A stretch of DNA of 64,000 nucleotides from Cyanophyceae cyanobacterium (lineage in GTDB: Bacteria; Cyanobacteriota; Cyanobacteriia; Cyanobacteriales; JBHJGN01): assembly GCA_050331735.1 (NCBI GenBank), contig JBHJGN010000004.1:141986-205985 (forward strand), in the 5' to 3' direction. The translations under genes were made by a program, and so were the position numbers. The notes below the pieces were generated by a model. The model searched no databases and had not been told where the DNA came from. It worked only from the letters and a program-made list of their open reading frames with translations. Below, piece after piece: positions 21,995-32,766 of this stretch. Each line of letters begins with the position of its first letter. The stretch's first letter is position 1.

Positions 21995-23281
21995 CTACCG
22001 GCCTAACTTATTCGGAATTCCTTCACAGCCGCCAGGAATCGTGGCTCTGGTAGCTTCGCCCCCCCAGCTACACAGGTAATAGCGCTGTTCTTCACTCAAG
22101 CGCTGTGCGCCTGTAAAATCGGCTTTTTCCACAACGGCTCCTGTATGAGCACCGATGCTGTAGTTAGCCGGAAGAGTGCGGCTTCGAGGACTGGCCGTTT
22201 CCACCAGACCATAGAACAGACGAGTTCCTTTAAGATCGGCTCCGACGAGCTTTGCTTCATAGAGCACCGTTCGAGCCAGATTCGCTTTTACCAGATCGCA
22301 AAAGCTCAGATCGGCCCGCACCATGTTGGCTTCACTGATGTCGGTCCAGCGCAGATCCTGGCCAGCTAGATTGGTCCCGGCTAAAATCACTCCCAAATCG
22401 ATCACGCGCAAGCCGTAGGCCCGATCTTCAGCATAACCACCGCGACCATCGAGAATCGGTCGTCCGAGGTGGCGATCGCGCATTAAGGGAGTCAGCAGCC
22501 GAGACTGAGAGAGAAAGCGAATAATTTTTGCTTTTCCTGCGGCATCGACGCTACTTAAAATAGCCGCAGTGCGTCCTTCGGCGATCGCTCGTTCTTGGGG
22601 CCAGTCTTCGAGCAGTCCTTCGTCGTTGAGGGCCAGGTCGGAAATGCCCTGGAAATAAGTATCAATGGTCTGTTGCTGAGTAATCCGATTTTGCTGAATG
22701 GTGAGATCCCGAGAAATCACGTATTGTTGCCAAGCAACGTAAACTGCCAGAATCGCGATCGCGATCTGCCCCACCGCAGCAACCCAGTCGGCCCAAGAGC
22801 CAAACTCATCGAAGGTAATTCGGTCAAACCATCCTCTTACCAGGCGAAAGGCTCCTGCATACCTAAGAATTCCGGCGATTGCCACCACTAAACCAACGGT
22901 CCCAATCACAACTTTGCGCTCTTGGGGTGTAAAAAACCTCACAATCCAGTTCCGAACCAAAGGCAGCACAATTTGCAGAGACAGAAACAGGGCAACCAGA
23001 GCTGCCGGCAGTCCTAGCCAGAGCAAATCAAACCACAACCCTACCCCCATCAGGACAACAGCCGCAATAATTACCCAGCCACTGTTATCGGCCTGCGCCT
23101 GCACTAGCTGATTTGGGGAAGGAGGAGAGCCGTTGCTGCTGTCGTCTTGCTTAAGATTGACCGCAGCAGCAAGCTTTTGCAAAACTGGTTCTCCTTGAGC
23201 GTCGTTACCGCCGTTTGAAGTGTTGCCAGCGGAATGGGGAGATTCTTCCGAATGATTCACAGAATCTGGTTGCTCGGTCAT
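21995..23281 (-). CDS. Membrane-anchored pentapeptide-repeat protein
   Basis: N-terminal TM helices, then NLAGQ/DLRWT/ANMVR/ADLSF/ANLAR pentapeptide repeats. Confidence 0.88.
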   Translation of the reverse strand: MTEQPDSVNHSEESPHSAGNTSNGGNDAQGEPVLQKLAAAVNLKQDDSSNGSPPSPNQLVQAQADNSGWVIIAAVVLMGVGLWFDLLWLGLPAALVALFLSLQIVLPLVRNWIVRFFTPQERKVVIGTVGLVVAIAGILRYAGAFRLVRGWFDRITFDEFGSWADWVAAVGQIAIAILAVYVAWQQYVISRDLTIQQNRITQQQTIDTYFQGISDLALNDEGLLEDWPQERAIAEGRTAAILSSVDAAGKAKIIRFLSQSRLLTPLMRDRHLGRPILDGRGGYAEDRAYGLRVIDLGVILAGTNLAGQDLRWTDISEANMVRADLSFCDLVKANLARTVLYEAKLVGADLKGTRLFYGLVETASPRSRTLPANYSIGAHTGAVVEKADFTGAQRLSEEQRYYLCSWGGEATRATIPGGCEGIPNKLGR

Positions 23282-23370
23282 GCGCCATCAAAATAAACCT
23301 TCTTCTTTATAGCCAATTACAGCTAGGAAAATAAAGTTTACTACCCATAGGGGAAGGCGGTCGAGCGCTC

Positions 23371-24975
23371 TCAGTGAAAATCCGCTTCCCAAACGCCGAT
23401 ATAGATGCGACCAAACTCATTCCGTCGAATCATGCCCTCAAGCTCTCCTGCCTCAAACGAACGCATATCGGTTTGCCGCTCATAAATCCGCCTCAAGCCC
23501 TCACTGGCAGCGGTGGGGGCATTTCCTCCTAATAATTGCTTGAGGGTTGCCTGCATGGTCGCTAAATCGACCGACGACGCAAACGTAACCTCCGTTTGCC
23601 GCAATCTTCCTGTACTGGTATCAAATAGCAGACCCAGGTCAGCCTGCTCAGGACCGACGTTTCTGTACAGCCACGCTCGACTTCCCTCCCAGTATCCTTG
23701 TTTATTGCTGGTCGGTTCTCCGAGTGCCGCTAACACCTGCTCTTGAGTCACGCCTGTGGCCAAAGTCGGAACGGTAGCATTGTCCTGACGAGAAGCTGGC
23801 GGGGCTAGCGGTTCAGGTTCAGGAATGGACGGCAGCGGTTCGGGGAGGGGGACTGCCTCTGGCGGGGCTGGCTCGTTCTCTACTGGTTCTTCTAGGAGAG
23901 GCTCCGGTGGAGACGGCTCTAGCGGTTCCGGAGTGGACACAACAGGCTGGCGCTGCGGAGAAAACCAGTTAAAGCCAACAGCAAAGGCAATGCCGCCCAT
24001 AGCGGCTAGCAGAAACAACGGCAGTAGCCGAATCAACCAATTCGTTTGAGTTTTTTGGGCAGGGGGAACAGCGGTTGTTCGAGATGATGAGACTGGAGCC
24101 GTCTTGAGAGGGGGACGATGCAATGGAGTCCGGGGAGAAACAACCACCGTGGGAGTCGTTTTAGCCGGATAGAGAGCCTCTCGCATTTCTACTGCCGAGG
24201 CGAAGCGGTCTTTGGGGTGAAACTGAATGGCTCGGTCGATGACGGTTGCTAAATGAGCATCAACTTGAGGAGCATCTTTGTGCCACAGAATTGCTCCGGT
24301 GCGCGGATTGGTGTCCAATTCTTGGGGAGATTTGCCCGTCAGGAGGTAAATCGCTGTTAGCCCGAGGCTGTAGAGATCGCTAGAGTAGAGCGGACGTCCC
24401 GCCGCCTGTTCTGATGCCATATAGCCGGGGGTTCCCACGGCGATAGTGGCAGTTCGTCCGCGCTCAACAGCGGTGGCGATCGCCTCTTTAACCGCCCCAA
24501 AATCAATTAGCACTGGTTTGCTGTCGGCAGAGCGCAAAATGATGTTGTCTGGTTTAATATCTCGGTGCAGAATGTGACGAGAGTGAACATAGTCTAGAAC
24601 GGGGAGAATGTCGCCTAAAATAGCTTTGACTTTCCCTGCTGGTACAGAACCTTGCTGAACAAGTTCCTGAAGCGTCACTCCTTCAATCCATTCCTGGACT
24701 AGATAAAAATCACCCGCCTCGGCAAAATAAGCATACAGACGCGGAATTTGACCATGTCCCTCGCCCAACTGCTCTAAGATAGCGGCTTCTCTTTGAAAGC
24801 TTGCCTGCACCCACTGCTCCATGTTTGGATCTTGTACTGCTGGCTGAAGCTGCTTAATCGCGCATTTCCTCCCAGAAGGCATATGGGTATCAACTGCCAG
24901 AAATGTCTGACCAAAGCCGCCTCTCGCCAATGGTTGGAGAATGCGATAGCGGTTGTTGAGCAGTGGTGTCTCCAT
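23371..24975 (-). CDS. Hanks-type Ser/Thr protein kinase with TM and extracytoplasmic domain
   Basis: LARGGFGQTF, HRDIKPDN, DFG, GTPGY; TM; Pro-rich linker; start ATG 24975. Confidence 0.93.
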   Translation of the reverse strand: METPLLNNRYRILQPLARGGFGQTFLAVDTHMPSGRKCAIKQLQPAVQDPNMEQWVQASFQREAAILEQLGEGHGQIPRLYAYFAEAGDFYLVQEWIEGVTLQELVQQGSVPAGKVKAILGDILPVLDYVHSRHILHRDIKPDNIILRSADSKPVLIDFGAVKEAIATAVERGRTATIAVGTPGYMASEQAAGRPLYSSDLYSLGLTAIYLLTGKSPQELDTNPRTGAILWHKDAPQVDAHLATVIDRAIQFHPKDRFASAVEMREALYPAKTTPTVVVSPRTPLHRPPLKTAPVSSSRTTAVPPAQKTQTNWLIRLLPLFLLAAMGGIAFAVGFNWFSPQRQPVVSTPEPLEPSPPEPLLEEPVENEPAPPEAVPLPEPLPSIPEPEPLAPPASRQDNATVPTLATGVTQEQVLAALGEPTSNKQGYWEGSRAWLYRNVGPEQADLGLLFDTSTGRLRQTEVTFASSVDLATMQATLKQLLGGNAPTAASEGLRRIYERQTDMRSFEAGELEGMIRRNEFGRIYIGVWEADFH

Positions 24976-25174
24976 TAGAGAACAAGCGATGAGTTGATGA
25001 AGTGTACTTTCAATCATAGCTTTCTCATTGGCGCTATCCGATAAATGAGTGGCAATTAAGCAACTGTCAGCACAGAAAGCTGATGCCGGAGAGTGCTGTT
25101 GTTTGGTAAGCGAGCTAACAGCTAACCACTTTTTCAAGTTTCATTGGTAACGTAGCTCATGCCATTTTTTCTGG

Positions 25175-25708
25175 CTATTTTAAATCCAGTAATCCTTGTT
25201 CTTTTGTTTTAGGATTAAATCGAATTTCCAGCTTAACTCCCCGCTTTTCTAGCTGTTGTTTAATGTCTTCCTCAACGCGCCGTGCTACTTTTTTGAGCAG
25301 CTTAACCTGCTCTAGTTCTGTTCCCTGCTCGTACTCTTCCCGTTCTGCCTCGGTCATTGCGGGTTTAGCATCGATAGGCTCCGTCCAAGTTGCCTCTGCT
25401 TCTTCATTGCCAGAAGGAATCGAGCCATTTTCTGCAATCCACGCTTGACGCATCGATTCTAAAACGATTCGGTTAGGGCGCTCAATCGTTTGCACTTTGA
25501 GCCAATAACAGGACTCTGGCTGACGAACTAAATGTTGTTTAAGGCTAAGATAAATATCACGGGAATAGCCAATATACTGAAGAATTTTATCTTGACTGTA
25601 AATAGCATAAACACCAATCTTGCCTTGGAGTTTTTCAGCAATAAGTCCATTGTGATTGAGATAGGAAATATAGTCGAGACTAGATAGTGAAGCGTTTTGG
25701 GCAACCAT
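25175..25708 (-). CDS. GIY-YIG nuclease-family protein
   Basis: IGVYAIY...LQYIGYSRDI motif; C-terminal RFNPK..QGLLDLK. Confidence 0.85.
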   Translation of the reverse strand: MVAQNASLSSLDYISYLNHNGLIAEKLQGKIGVYAIYSQDKILQYIGYSRDIYLSLKQHLVRQPESCYWLKVQTIERPNRIVLESMRQAWIAENGSIPSGNEEAEATWTEPIDAKPAMTEAEREEYEQGTELEQVKLLKKVARRVEEDIKQQLEKRGVKLEIRFNPKTKEQGLLDLK

Positions 25709-25786
25709 TAATCGTGTTAATTCGAGTAAGAGTAAAAGGTCTTTTCTATCATTTTTGTGTCAGTCGGCGCAGAATAAACAACGTTA

Positions 25787-26107
25787 TTAAATTTTGTGAT
25801 AGATAGCACAGAGGCGACTTGGTTTAAAAATTTTGGCTTTAAACATAAAGTTAGGAGGAACGTTAATAATCACGTAGTTTTCTGAATTGTGATAGTGTTC
25901 AAATTCGGCAGGCATTCCTCTAGGGGTTTCTCTGCTGTAGGGAACAGGTTGAAACAATAACTGCGTAAACTCAATCTTTGCGCCGCCAGTTTGTTGGCTG
26001 ACCTGCTCCAGAAATTGCTCGTTCTCTAGGAGGCCAAACAGGGTTTCTTGAGCGCTTGGTTCCAGAGTAAAGCTACCATCAAAGTTTTCAACGATTTTAA
26101 GACGCAT
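25787..26107 (-). CDS. Conserved hypothetical protein
   Basis: 106-aa ORF with LLFQPVPY and INVPPNFMFKAKIFKP motifs; co-oriented with uvrC. Confidence 0.7.
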   Translation of the reverse strand: MRLKIVENFDGSFTLEPSAQETLFGLLENEQFLEQVSQQTGGAKIEFTQLLFQPVPYSRETPRGMPAEFEHYHNSENYVIINVPPNFMFKAKIFKPSRLCAIYHKI

Positions 26108-26248
26108 AGTGTCAGAAATAAGGCTGATTACAAACGGCTCAAAGCAATCTTACCTGAGAAGATGGAGTGTAGTGACAGGAATACCGCTGTGTTTGTAAAG
26201 AGACTTAATATTTTGTGGGAGACATTTCATCAACTACCCCTGTAATCC

Positions 26249-28111
26249 TCAATCGCTATTGACAGTGTTGGGATGAAAATAGTGATAGATCTCCTTGGCT
26301 AAGCGGGGACCAATCCCGGGAACCTCGGCTAGCTGTTGGGGAGAGGCTTCGCGGATATAGTCGATAGAGCGGAAATGAGCCAAGAGTTGCTTCTGCCGAT
26401 GAAACCCCAGTCCGGGAATTTCTTCAAGGCGCGATCGCCGACTCTGCTTCAGGCGCTGCTGGCGGTGGAAGGTGACGGCAAAGCGGTGAGCTTCATCGCG
26501 CACCCGTCGCAGAAGCTGTACTCCTGGCTGTTCTGCTTCAGTCGGAAGCGGCTCTGATTCTCCAGGCAAAAAGATTTCTTCGCGCTGCTTGGCTAAACTG
26601 ACGACTCTGATTTTCTCCGACAGATTCATTTCTTCCAGCACCGCGACTACCGCAGAAAGCTGTCCTTTCCCCCCATCAATCATCACCAGGTCGGGCCAAT
26701 CACCGTTTGCATCCTTGCGAAAGCGGCGGCGAATCACCTCGGCCATACTAGCAAAGTCGTCGGAGTGACCAATTTTGACTGCCGGATTTTTGATTTTGTA
26801 GTGGCGATAGTGCTGCTTAGCGGGAACGCCATCCACAAATACGACTTGGGAAGCAACGGCATTGGAACCCTGAATGTGAGAAATATCATAGCCTTCGATC
26901 TGCTTCGGCAACTCCGGCAGATCGAGGATGTCGGCCAAGTCTTCTAGGGCTTGAGTATTGCGATCCGCGTCGCGCTGGGTTCGCTCTAGCTCATACCCCG
27001 CGTTGCGCTCCACCATCTCAATCAGTTCGGCTTTGCTTTGCCGCTGGGGAACGATGATATTCACCTTGCGCCCTTTTTGCTGGCTGAGCCAGTCGGCAAG
27101 CATTTCTCCTTCAGAGAGCTCATGCTGCACTAAAATCTCGGCAGGAATTTCTACCGGATCAGCCGTGGAGTAATGTGCTTCTAGAACCCGTTGGAGAATC
27201 ATCCCAGGGGAGCCCCCAGAATCGGTAAAGAATCCCAGTCTTCCGACCAAGCGCCCAGCACGAATTTGAAAAAGCTGAATGCAGCAGTATTGCTCGTTCG
27301 CAGCCAGGGCGATCGCATCTCTAGAAATCGTATCATCGGGTAAAGACACTTTCTGATCGCTGTTGAGGTTACCCAGAGCGTTAATTTGATCGCGTATCTT
27401 GGCCGCTAGCTCAAAGTTAAGCGCCTCAGCCGCCTTCTCCATCTGGGATTGCAAAATCTCAATCAACTCTCCGGTGCGTCCCTGAAACACCATCACCACC
27501 TTTTGCACCGTGAGACGGTACTCTTCCGGGGTAATCAGAGCCTGACACACCCCTGGACAGCGCCCCATGTCGTAGTTGAGGCAGGGACGATCTTTAAACA
27601 GGGGGCGAGGACGCTGGCGCAGGGGAAAAATGCGCTTAGCAATGTGCAGCGTGTAGCGCAGCAGCCGAGTATCGACGTAGGGACCGTAGTAGCGGTCTTT
27701 TTCACTGGTAGAGCGGCGCTTACGGGTAATAAAAATGCGGGGATAATCCTCAGACCAGGTGACGCAGACGTAGGGATATTTTTTATCGTCTTTCAGCAGC
27801 ACGTTGAAGTAAGGCTGATGCTGCTTAATGAGGTTGGCTTCCAGTGCCAGCGCTTCGGCTTCGGTATCGGTGACGATAAATTCAATATCGCACACCTGAT
27901 GCACCATCATGGCAATGCGATCGCTGAGCTGTTGGGAGTCGCGGAAATAGGAGCGCACCCGCGATCGCAGCTTTTTTGATTTCCCAATGTAGAGAATGTT
28001 GCCGCTGCGATCGCGCATGAAGTAGACTCCTGACTCAGCAGGAATCTCTTTGAGGCGATTTTCTAGTCGTTCTGGGTCTTTGAGCAGTGAAGCGATTTGA
28101 GTTGATGTCAC
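26249..28111 (-). CDS. uvrC: Excinuclease ABC subunit C
   Basis: GVYFM..LYIGKSK GIY-YIG domain, [22 protein letters not shown] and C-terminal HhH. GTG 28111 or TTG 28141 start. Confidence 0.98.
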   Translation of the reverse strand: MTSTQIASLLKDPERLENRLKEIPAESGVYFMRDRSGNILYIGKSKKLRSRVRSYFRDSQQLSDRIAMMVHQVCDIEFIVTDTEAEALALEANLIKQHQPYFNVLLKDDKKYPYVCVTWSEDYPRIFITRKRRSTSEKDRYYGPYVDTRLLRYTLHIAKRIFPLRQRPRPLFKDRPCLNYDMGRCPGVCQALITPEEYRLTVQKVVMVFQGRTGELIEILQSQMEKAAEALNFELAAKIRDQINALGNLNSDQKVSLPDDTISRDAIALAANEQYCCIQLFQIRAGRLVGRLGFFTDSGGSPGMILQRVLEAHYSTADPVEIPAEILVQHELSEGEMLADWLSQQKGRKVNIIVPQRQSKAELIEMVERNAGYELERTQRDADRNTQALEDLADILDLPELPKQIEGYDISHIQGSNAVASQVVFVDGVPAKQHYRHYKIKNPAVKIGHSDDFASMAEVIRRRFRKDANGDWPDLVMIDGGKGQLSAVVAVLEEMNLSEKIRVVSLAKQREEIFLPGESEPLPTEAEQPGVQLLRRVRDEAHRFAVTFHRQQRLKQSRRSRLEEIPGLGFHRQKQLLAHFRSIDYIREASPQQLAEVPGIGPRLAKEIYHYFHPNTVNSD

Positions 28112-28152
28112 AGGCAATTCACGTTTAGTTACCTGTATCAATCATAAAAGAC

Positions 28153-28176
28153 TCCCCGACTAAGTGTGGTCGGGGA
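28153..28176 (-). terminator. Probable terminator of the PEP-CTERM gene
   Basis: TCCCCGAC-8nt-GTCGGGGA stem followed on the minus strand by GTCTTTT. Confidence 0.6.
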
Positions 28177-28200
28177 AACTGGATTCTGAAATGTTTTGCT

Positions 28201-29205
28201 TTACGCTTTGACGTTCGCCGATTTACGCCAGCCGGCAAGACCTAAGCTAACAGCTCCTAAAATACCAAGTAAACTACCAGATTCAGGCACAGATTGAGGA
28301 TTAGAATTGTTTTCCCCTGAGCCTGTCGTCGCGGTAGCTTGCTCAACCTGGACGCTATCGAAGAAGGCAAATCCACCCGGAGTCCCAAATCTAAGCTGAA
28401 GGGACTCAAATGAGTCTTTTCCAAACAGGTCATTTTCAATGTCGAGTCTTAAGGGAAGGTCAGAGTTTTCCCCCGAGAAATAGTCTGGTGTTCCTGGATT
28501 TGTAGCACGCTCGAACGTAGTCCAGTTGAGGTCGTCACTCTCAAGGCTTTGCCAGTCCCCGGAAAGATACTCTAAAGTAGCAAGGACGCTGCCTCCTTGT
28601 TTTTCAGCTCGCATCCGGTAGCTAAATAGCTGATTAGTGACGTTAGTTTGCTCTGAAGGCGGCTCTAACAAAGCATCGGCAACATGCTCTATCTGAAATC
28701 CAGGGTCTAGATAAAGGTTGTAGTACTCCTGAGCATTTCCGTTTGGAGAAGGGGGACGAATATTAGCCTTGAGTTCAAAATCCTCAAACGCTGTTTGCTG
28801 ATTTCTCAGCTTAGCGTCCTCCTCATCCTCTACCTCCCCGACTAACTGGTCTAAAACATCTGCATACTCATCTGAGCTTCTCTTAAAGATGTCTAAATCG
28901 ACGAAGGTTTTGGCCCTTTCAGTGTATCTATTCATCCCCTTCGACACCCAGCGCTCGACCCAAGTAACGGTAACAGAACCTTCGTCTAAATCTAGAGGTG
29001 AGTCAAAGTCAAACGTTGCTTCAGCAAAGCTCCCCGCACCTTGAGGAGAAAATAGCTCTCCCGTTGTCTCGTCTACTTGAGTACTTCCTAACTGCCAGCC
29101 TTGCCCCAAGGTTTCTGCTTGAGAGCTAAAATCACTATTTAAAATAGTGGAAGCTTGGGCTGGCGCAGCCACTAATAAAGAGAGGAAAATAATAAATTTT
29201 TTCAT
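28201..29205 (-). CDS. PEP-CTERM sorting-domain surface protein
   Basis: Signal peptide ending PAQA; C-terminal VPESGSLLGILGAVSLGLAGWRK (VPE + TM + basic tail). Confidence 0.88.
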   Translation of the reverse strand: MKKFIIFLSLLVAAPAQASTILNSDFSSQAETLGQGWQLGSTQVDETTGELFSPQGAGSFAEATFDFDSPLDLDEGSVTVTWVERWVSKGMNRYTERAKTFVDLDIFKRSSDEYADVLDQLVGEVEDEEDAKLRNQQTAFEDFELKANIRPPSPNGNAQEYYNLYLDPGFQIEHVADALLEPPSEQTNVTNQLFSYRMRAEKQGGSVLATLEYLSGDWQSLESDDLNWTTFERATNPGTPDYFSGENSDLPLRLDIENDLFGKDSFESLQLRFGTPGGFAFFDSVQVEQATATTGSGENNSNPQSVPESGSLLGILGAVSLGLAGWRKSANVKA

Positions 29206-29348
29206 AATCTGACAGAGGTTAGTCGGTAATAGGGGTAAACTTAGCTTTTTAGAGAGGCAAAATCTGATTAGTTTTTTAGAGTATACCGTCGATCTCTGTG
29301 GGGTTAGGCAAAGGAAGTATCAAATTTTCAGGGTTTTTTTAAAGATTG

Positions 29349-29390
29349 TGTAAAGTAAACTACAGTTTACTGCCCGTTAATCAGGTAGTT
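29349..29390 (+). promoter_or_regulatory. Candidate NtcA site with downstream -10 box
   Basis: TGTA-N8-TACA at 29349-29364 and TAGTTT (TAN3T) at 29385-29390, 21 nt after the TAC. Confidence 0.35.
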
Positions 29391-29463
29391 TTCTGAGCGC
29401 TCAGTCACAATTCCCAAACCTTAGCAGACATGACAGGATCAAACTGTTGAACCTTGTCAGACC

Positions 29464-30294
29464 ATGCAAACTAAACTCCGATTTTCTCAAATTTGGCAAT
29501 ACCTGCTGTTGTGTGCGATCGCTCTGTTGATGCTGTTTCCACTGCTGTGGCTAATCGGAACTTCACTCAAATCCCCGGAAGAGGACATCTTTGGGTTCCC
29601 GCCGCAGCTCATTCCTAGTCAGCCGACGCTGGAAAACTTTCGCCTGGTTTGGCAGCAATTTCCGTTTGGGCAATATCTTTTCAATAGTACCTTGGTGGCT
29701 GTGCTGACCGTTGGACTGAACCTCCTGTTTTGTTCGCTGGCTGCTTACCCTCTAGCGCGGCTCAACTTTCGGGGACGGGATCTGCTGTTTGCGCTGATCG
29801 TTTCTACCATTGTGATTCCGTTTCAAATTGTGATGATCCCTCTCTACATCCTCATGGTGCAGCTTGGCTTGAGAAACAGCTATTTGGGCGTTATTTTCCC
29901 CAGTCTCGCTTCGGCTTTTGGGATTTTTTTGCTGCGTCAGGCCTTTCAAGGCGTTCCCAAAGAACTCGAAGAAGCGGCTCGTATCGATGGCTGTTCTGAA
30001 CTCGGAATCTGGTGGTACGTGATGATCCCCGCCGTTCGCCCTGCTCTGGTTACGCTAGCGATCTTTGTCTTTATCGGTTCCTGGAGCGATTTTCTCTGGC
30101 CTCTAATTGTGTTAGATCGCCCAGAATACTATACTTTACCCCTAGGGGTAGCTACTTTAGCCGGAACTTTTTCTTTAGACTGGCGGTTAATTGCAGCGGG
30201 TTCTGTGATTTCTGTTGCTCCGGTGCTGCTGCTGTTTCTGTTTGTACAGCGCTATATTATTCCCACCGACGCTGGTAGTGGGGTGAAAGGGTAA
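29464..30294 (+). CDS. Carbohydrate ABC transporter permease
   Basis: FPPQLIPSQPTLENF and ELEEAARIDG (EAA loop), WSDFLWPL; multiple TM helices. Confidence 0.93.
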   Translation: MQTKLRFSQIWQYLLLCAIALLMLFPLLWLIGTSLKSPEEDIFGFPPQLIPSQPTLENFRLVWQQFPFGQYLFNSTLVAVLTVGLNLLFCSLAAYPLARLNFRGRDLLFALIVSTIVIPFQIVMIPLYILMVQLGLRNSYLGVIFPSLASAFGIFLLRQAFQGVPKELEEAARIDGCSELGIWWYVMIPAVRPALVTLAIFVFIGSWSDFLWPLIVLDRPEYYTLPLGVATLAGTFSLDWRLIAAGSVISVAPVLLLFLFVQRYIIPTDAGSGVKG

Positions 30295-30354
30295 CGGAGA
30301 CAGTCTATTAGTCATCAGTTCTTAGCAAAACAGCATTTGAGAAGTTAGCAAAAG

Positions 30355-31203
30355 ATGAGAACGTTACTGTTGCCATCAGGCAGAGAAATTCCGGGACTAG
30401 GACAGGGAACGTGGCGAATGGGCGAAAATCCTGCTGAGCGACAGTCTGAAATCGATGCGCTGCAATTAGGAATAGAGTTGGGGATGACGCTAATCGATAC
30501 CGCAGAAATGTACGGCGAAGGCGGCGCAGAAGCAATGATTGCTGAAGCGATCGCTCCTTGTCGAGCAGACGTTTTTCTCGTGAGCAAGGTTTATCCGCAC
30601 AATGCCAGTCGTCAAGGGGCAATAGCGGCTTGCGAGCGCTCGCTGAAGCGACTAAAAACAGACTACCTCGACCTTTACTTACTCCACTGGCGCGGTACTG
30701 TCCCAGTGGCTGAAACATTAAAAGCGTTTCAATCTCTTCAGCAAGCTGGGAAAATTCGCGACTACGGCGTGAGCAATTTCGATCTCGACGATATGGAAGA
30801 GGCGCTCGCCGCACCAGTAGGAAAGGCGATCGCGACCAATCAGGTGTTGTATAATTTAGCCCATCGCGGGATCGAATGGGATCTGCTGCCCTGGTGTCGT
30901 CAGCAGGGCATTCCGATTATGGCCTACTCTCCCATTGAACAGGCAGCCCAAGGACGACAAGGGTTGCTCAATCATCCGCAACTCAAAGCGATCGCCGCGC
31001 AGCACAGCGCTACCCCCGCTCAAGTTGCTCTTGCTTGGCTACTGAGGCAAGAGAACGTCATTGTCATCCCTAAAGCCACCAAAATCGAACACGTCAAAGA
31101 GAACCGCGCCGCGCTAGATTTAACGCTGACAAATGAAGATCTAGCCGCCCTCGACCAAGCCTTCAAGCCCCCTCACCGAAAGGTTTCACTAGCGATTAGG
31201 TAA
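30355..31203 (+). CDS. Aldo/keto reductase
   Basis: [29 protein letters not shown] and IPKA motifs. Confidence 0.95.
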   Translation: MRTLLLPSGREIPGLGQGTWRMGENPAERQSEIDALQLGIELGMTLIDTAEMYGEGGAEAMIAEAIAPCRADVFLVSKVYPHNASRQGAIAACERSLKRLKTDYLDLYLLHWRGTVPVAETLKAFQSLQQAGKIRDYGVSNFDLDDMEEALAAPVGKAIATNQVLYNLAHRGIEWDLLPWCRQQGIPIMAYSPIEQAAQGRQGLLNHPQLKAIAAQHSATPAQVALAWLLRQENVIVIPKATKIEHVKENRAALDLTLTNEDLAALDQAFKPPHRKVSLAIR

Positions 31204-31366
31204 AGCGCCGCAGGCGGGGGAAACAGTTCCTATCGGAACGGGGAAGGGGGAATTTGTCCTTCCAGGACGGAAAAGAACACAGAATTAAGAAATCCGCTGA
31301 TTAATTCTCCCTTTTCCCCTTCCCCTTTCCCCTTGTCCCGCGCCTGTGGCGCTTCCCCTTTTCCCC
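31203..31366. repeat. REP/MITE-like palindromic element with heptamer arms between convergent genes
   Basis: AAGCGCCGCAGGCG(31203-16) and CGCCTGTGGCGCTT(31341-54) inverted repeat; GGGGAA-rich left arm, CCCCTT-rich right arm; internal GTTCC-N4-GGAAC hairpin. Confidence 0.75.
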
Positions 31367-31392
31367 AAACTAGTCGTTTCTTGATAACAAGA

Positions 31393-32766
31393 TCAATTGG
31401 AAAAGAATATTCCCCCTAACCAACCGAGAAAAATGCCGAGCCAAGCAGTACTAGTTAAAATCATCGTCATCAAAAGCTTGCGGGGTGAGGGTGGCATGCT
31501 TTTAAAAGAAGCAAATGCCAGGATGGAAAAACAAATACAGAGGAGCAAACTGACGACAGCGCCAGCGGCAAGTCCAGCCGCGAGTCCAGCCAGCGTTCCT
31601 GCTTCAGCTTCCGCCATCGTATAGGCAGCATAAACCGCCCAAATACTGGTTAAAGTGGCAGTCGGCAACCACATTGAGAACACCAAACATCCTACTTTTG
31701 TAGCCGAATGAGAAATTCGGGCAACAATAAACGTTGCTGTTGCGACTAAGCTGAAAGTCATTACCCAGTCAGGAGCTGAGTAAACTGCTAACAGCCAGCC
31801 TACCGGAGGGTAAACCAGCAGATTTGCTAGAGCAATTTGGGAGACTCTCTTCCAAAAGAGGGTCTTCGGCGGCGCTGGTTTGGGCTTAGAGGTTGCCTGC
31901 AATGTAGAGGACTGAGGTACTGTAGACTGAGATGAACGAACAGTCCTTGGCTCCAGGAGCAGCAGCCATGCCTCGACTGACTGAGGGCGATGACTGGACT
32001 GGAGAGCCATGCCTTTGAGAATGGCTCGATTGACGCGATCGCTAACGTGCCGATTTTCTGACTTGGGAGGTGCTAGAGTCTCTTCAAAGACTCGGGTAAA
32101 GGCAGGGGGAGGCACAACACCTGTGAGCAGAAAATAAAGAGTCGCTGCCAACCCATAAACATCTGTATACTCGCCGCGCTTTGAGCGTCGTTCGTACTGC
32201 TCTTTAGGAGCAAAACCATGAGTCGCGTAGGTGCTGTGGGTTTGAGTTCTATCGCTAACAAAATCTCTGGCAATGCCGAAATCAATTAGAACCGCTTCTT
32301 GGGTACGAAAGCGCACAAGAATGTTGCGCGGCTTCAAATCGCGGTGCAGCAAACCTTTATCATGAACGACTTTTAACGCATCGCTAATTTGGCGGATGTA
32401 GAGGAGTGCTTCGGGTTCTGGCAAAACGCCGTGCTGAGTGACGCGCTGCTGCAAGTCTTCTCCTTCAATATATTCCATCGCGATGCACGGCAGTGGTCCT
32501 TCATAGAAAATGTTTTCTACCTGCACAATGTGAGGATGCCGACAAACCGCTAATCTCGTTGCTTCCTGTTCAAAATCGTGCCGGAATTTATCTTGATAGG
32601 GTCGGTATTCTGGATCGTGAAGAAGTTCGTCTCTGATGGTTTTGATGACGATCCGCCTGTTCTGTCTGTCTCTAGCAAGATAGGTGATTCCAAATCCTCC
32701 TGACTTCAGGACTGTTTCAATTAAGTAGCGATCGCCATACAGAGCTTGCCCCTTCTCCCAGACCAT
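31393..32766 (-). CDS. Hanks-type Ser/Thr protein kinase with multi-TM C-terminus
   Basis: GGFGITY, HRDLKPRN, DFGIAR and GFAPKEQ motifs; several hydrophobic helices at the C-terminus. Confidence 0.92.
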   Translation of the reverse strand: MVWEKGQALYGDRYLIETVLKSGGFGITYLARDRQNRRIVIKTIRDELLHDPEYRPYQDKFRHDFEQEATRLAVCRHPHIVQVENIFYEGPLPCIAMEYIEGEDLQQRVTQHGVLPEPEALLYIRQISDALKVVHDKGLLHRDLKPRNILVRFRTQEAVLIDFGIARDFVSDRTQTHSTYATHGFAPKEQYERRSKRGEYTDVYGLAATLYFLLTGVVPPPAFTRVFEETLAPPKSENRHVSDRVNRAILKGMALQSSHRPQSVEAWLLLLEPRTVRSSQSTVPQSSTLQATSKPKPAPPKTLFWKRVSQIALANLLVYPPVGWLLAVYSAPDWVMTFSLVATATFIVARISHSATKVGCLVFSMWLPTATLTSIWAVYAAYTMAEAEAGTLAGLAAGLAAGAVVSLLLCICFSILAFASFKSMPPSPRKLLMTMILTSTAWLGIFLGWLGGIFFSN

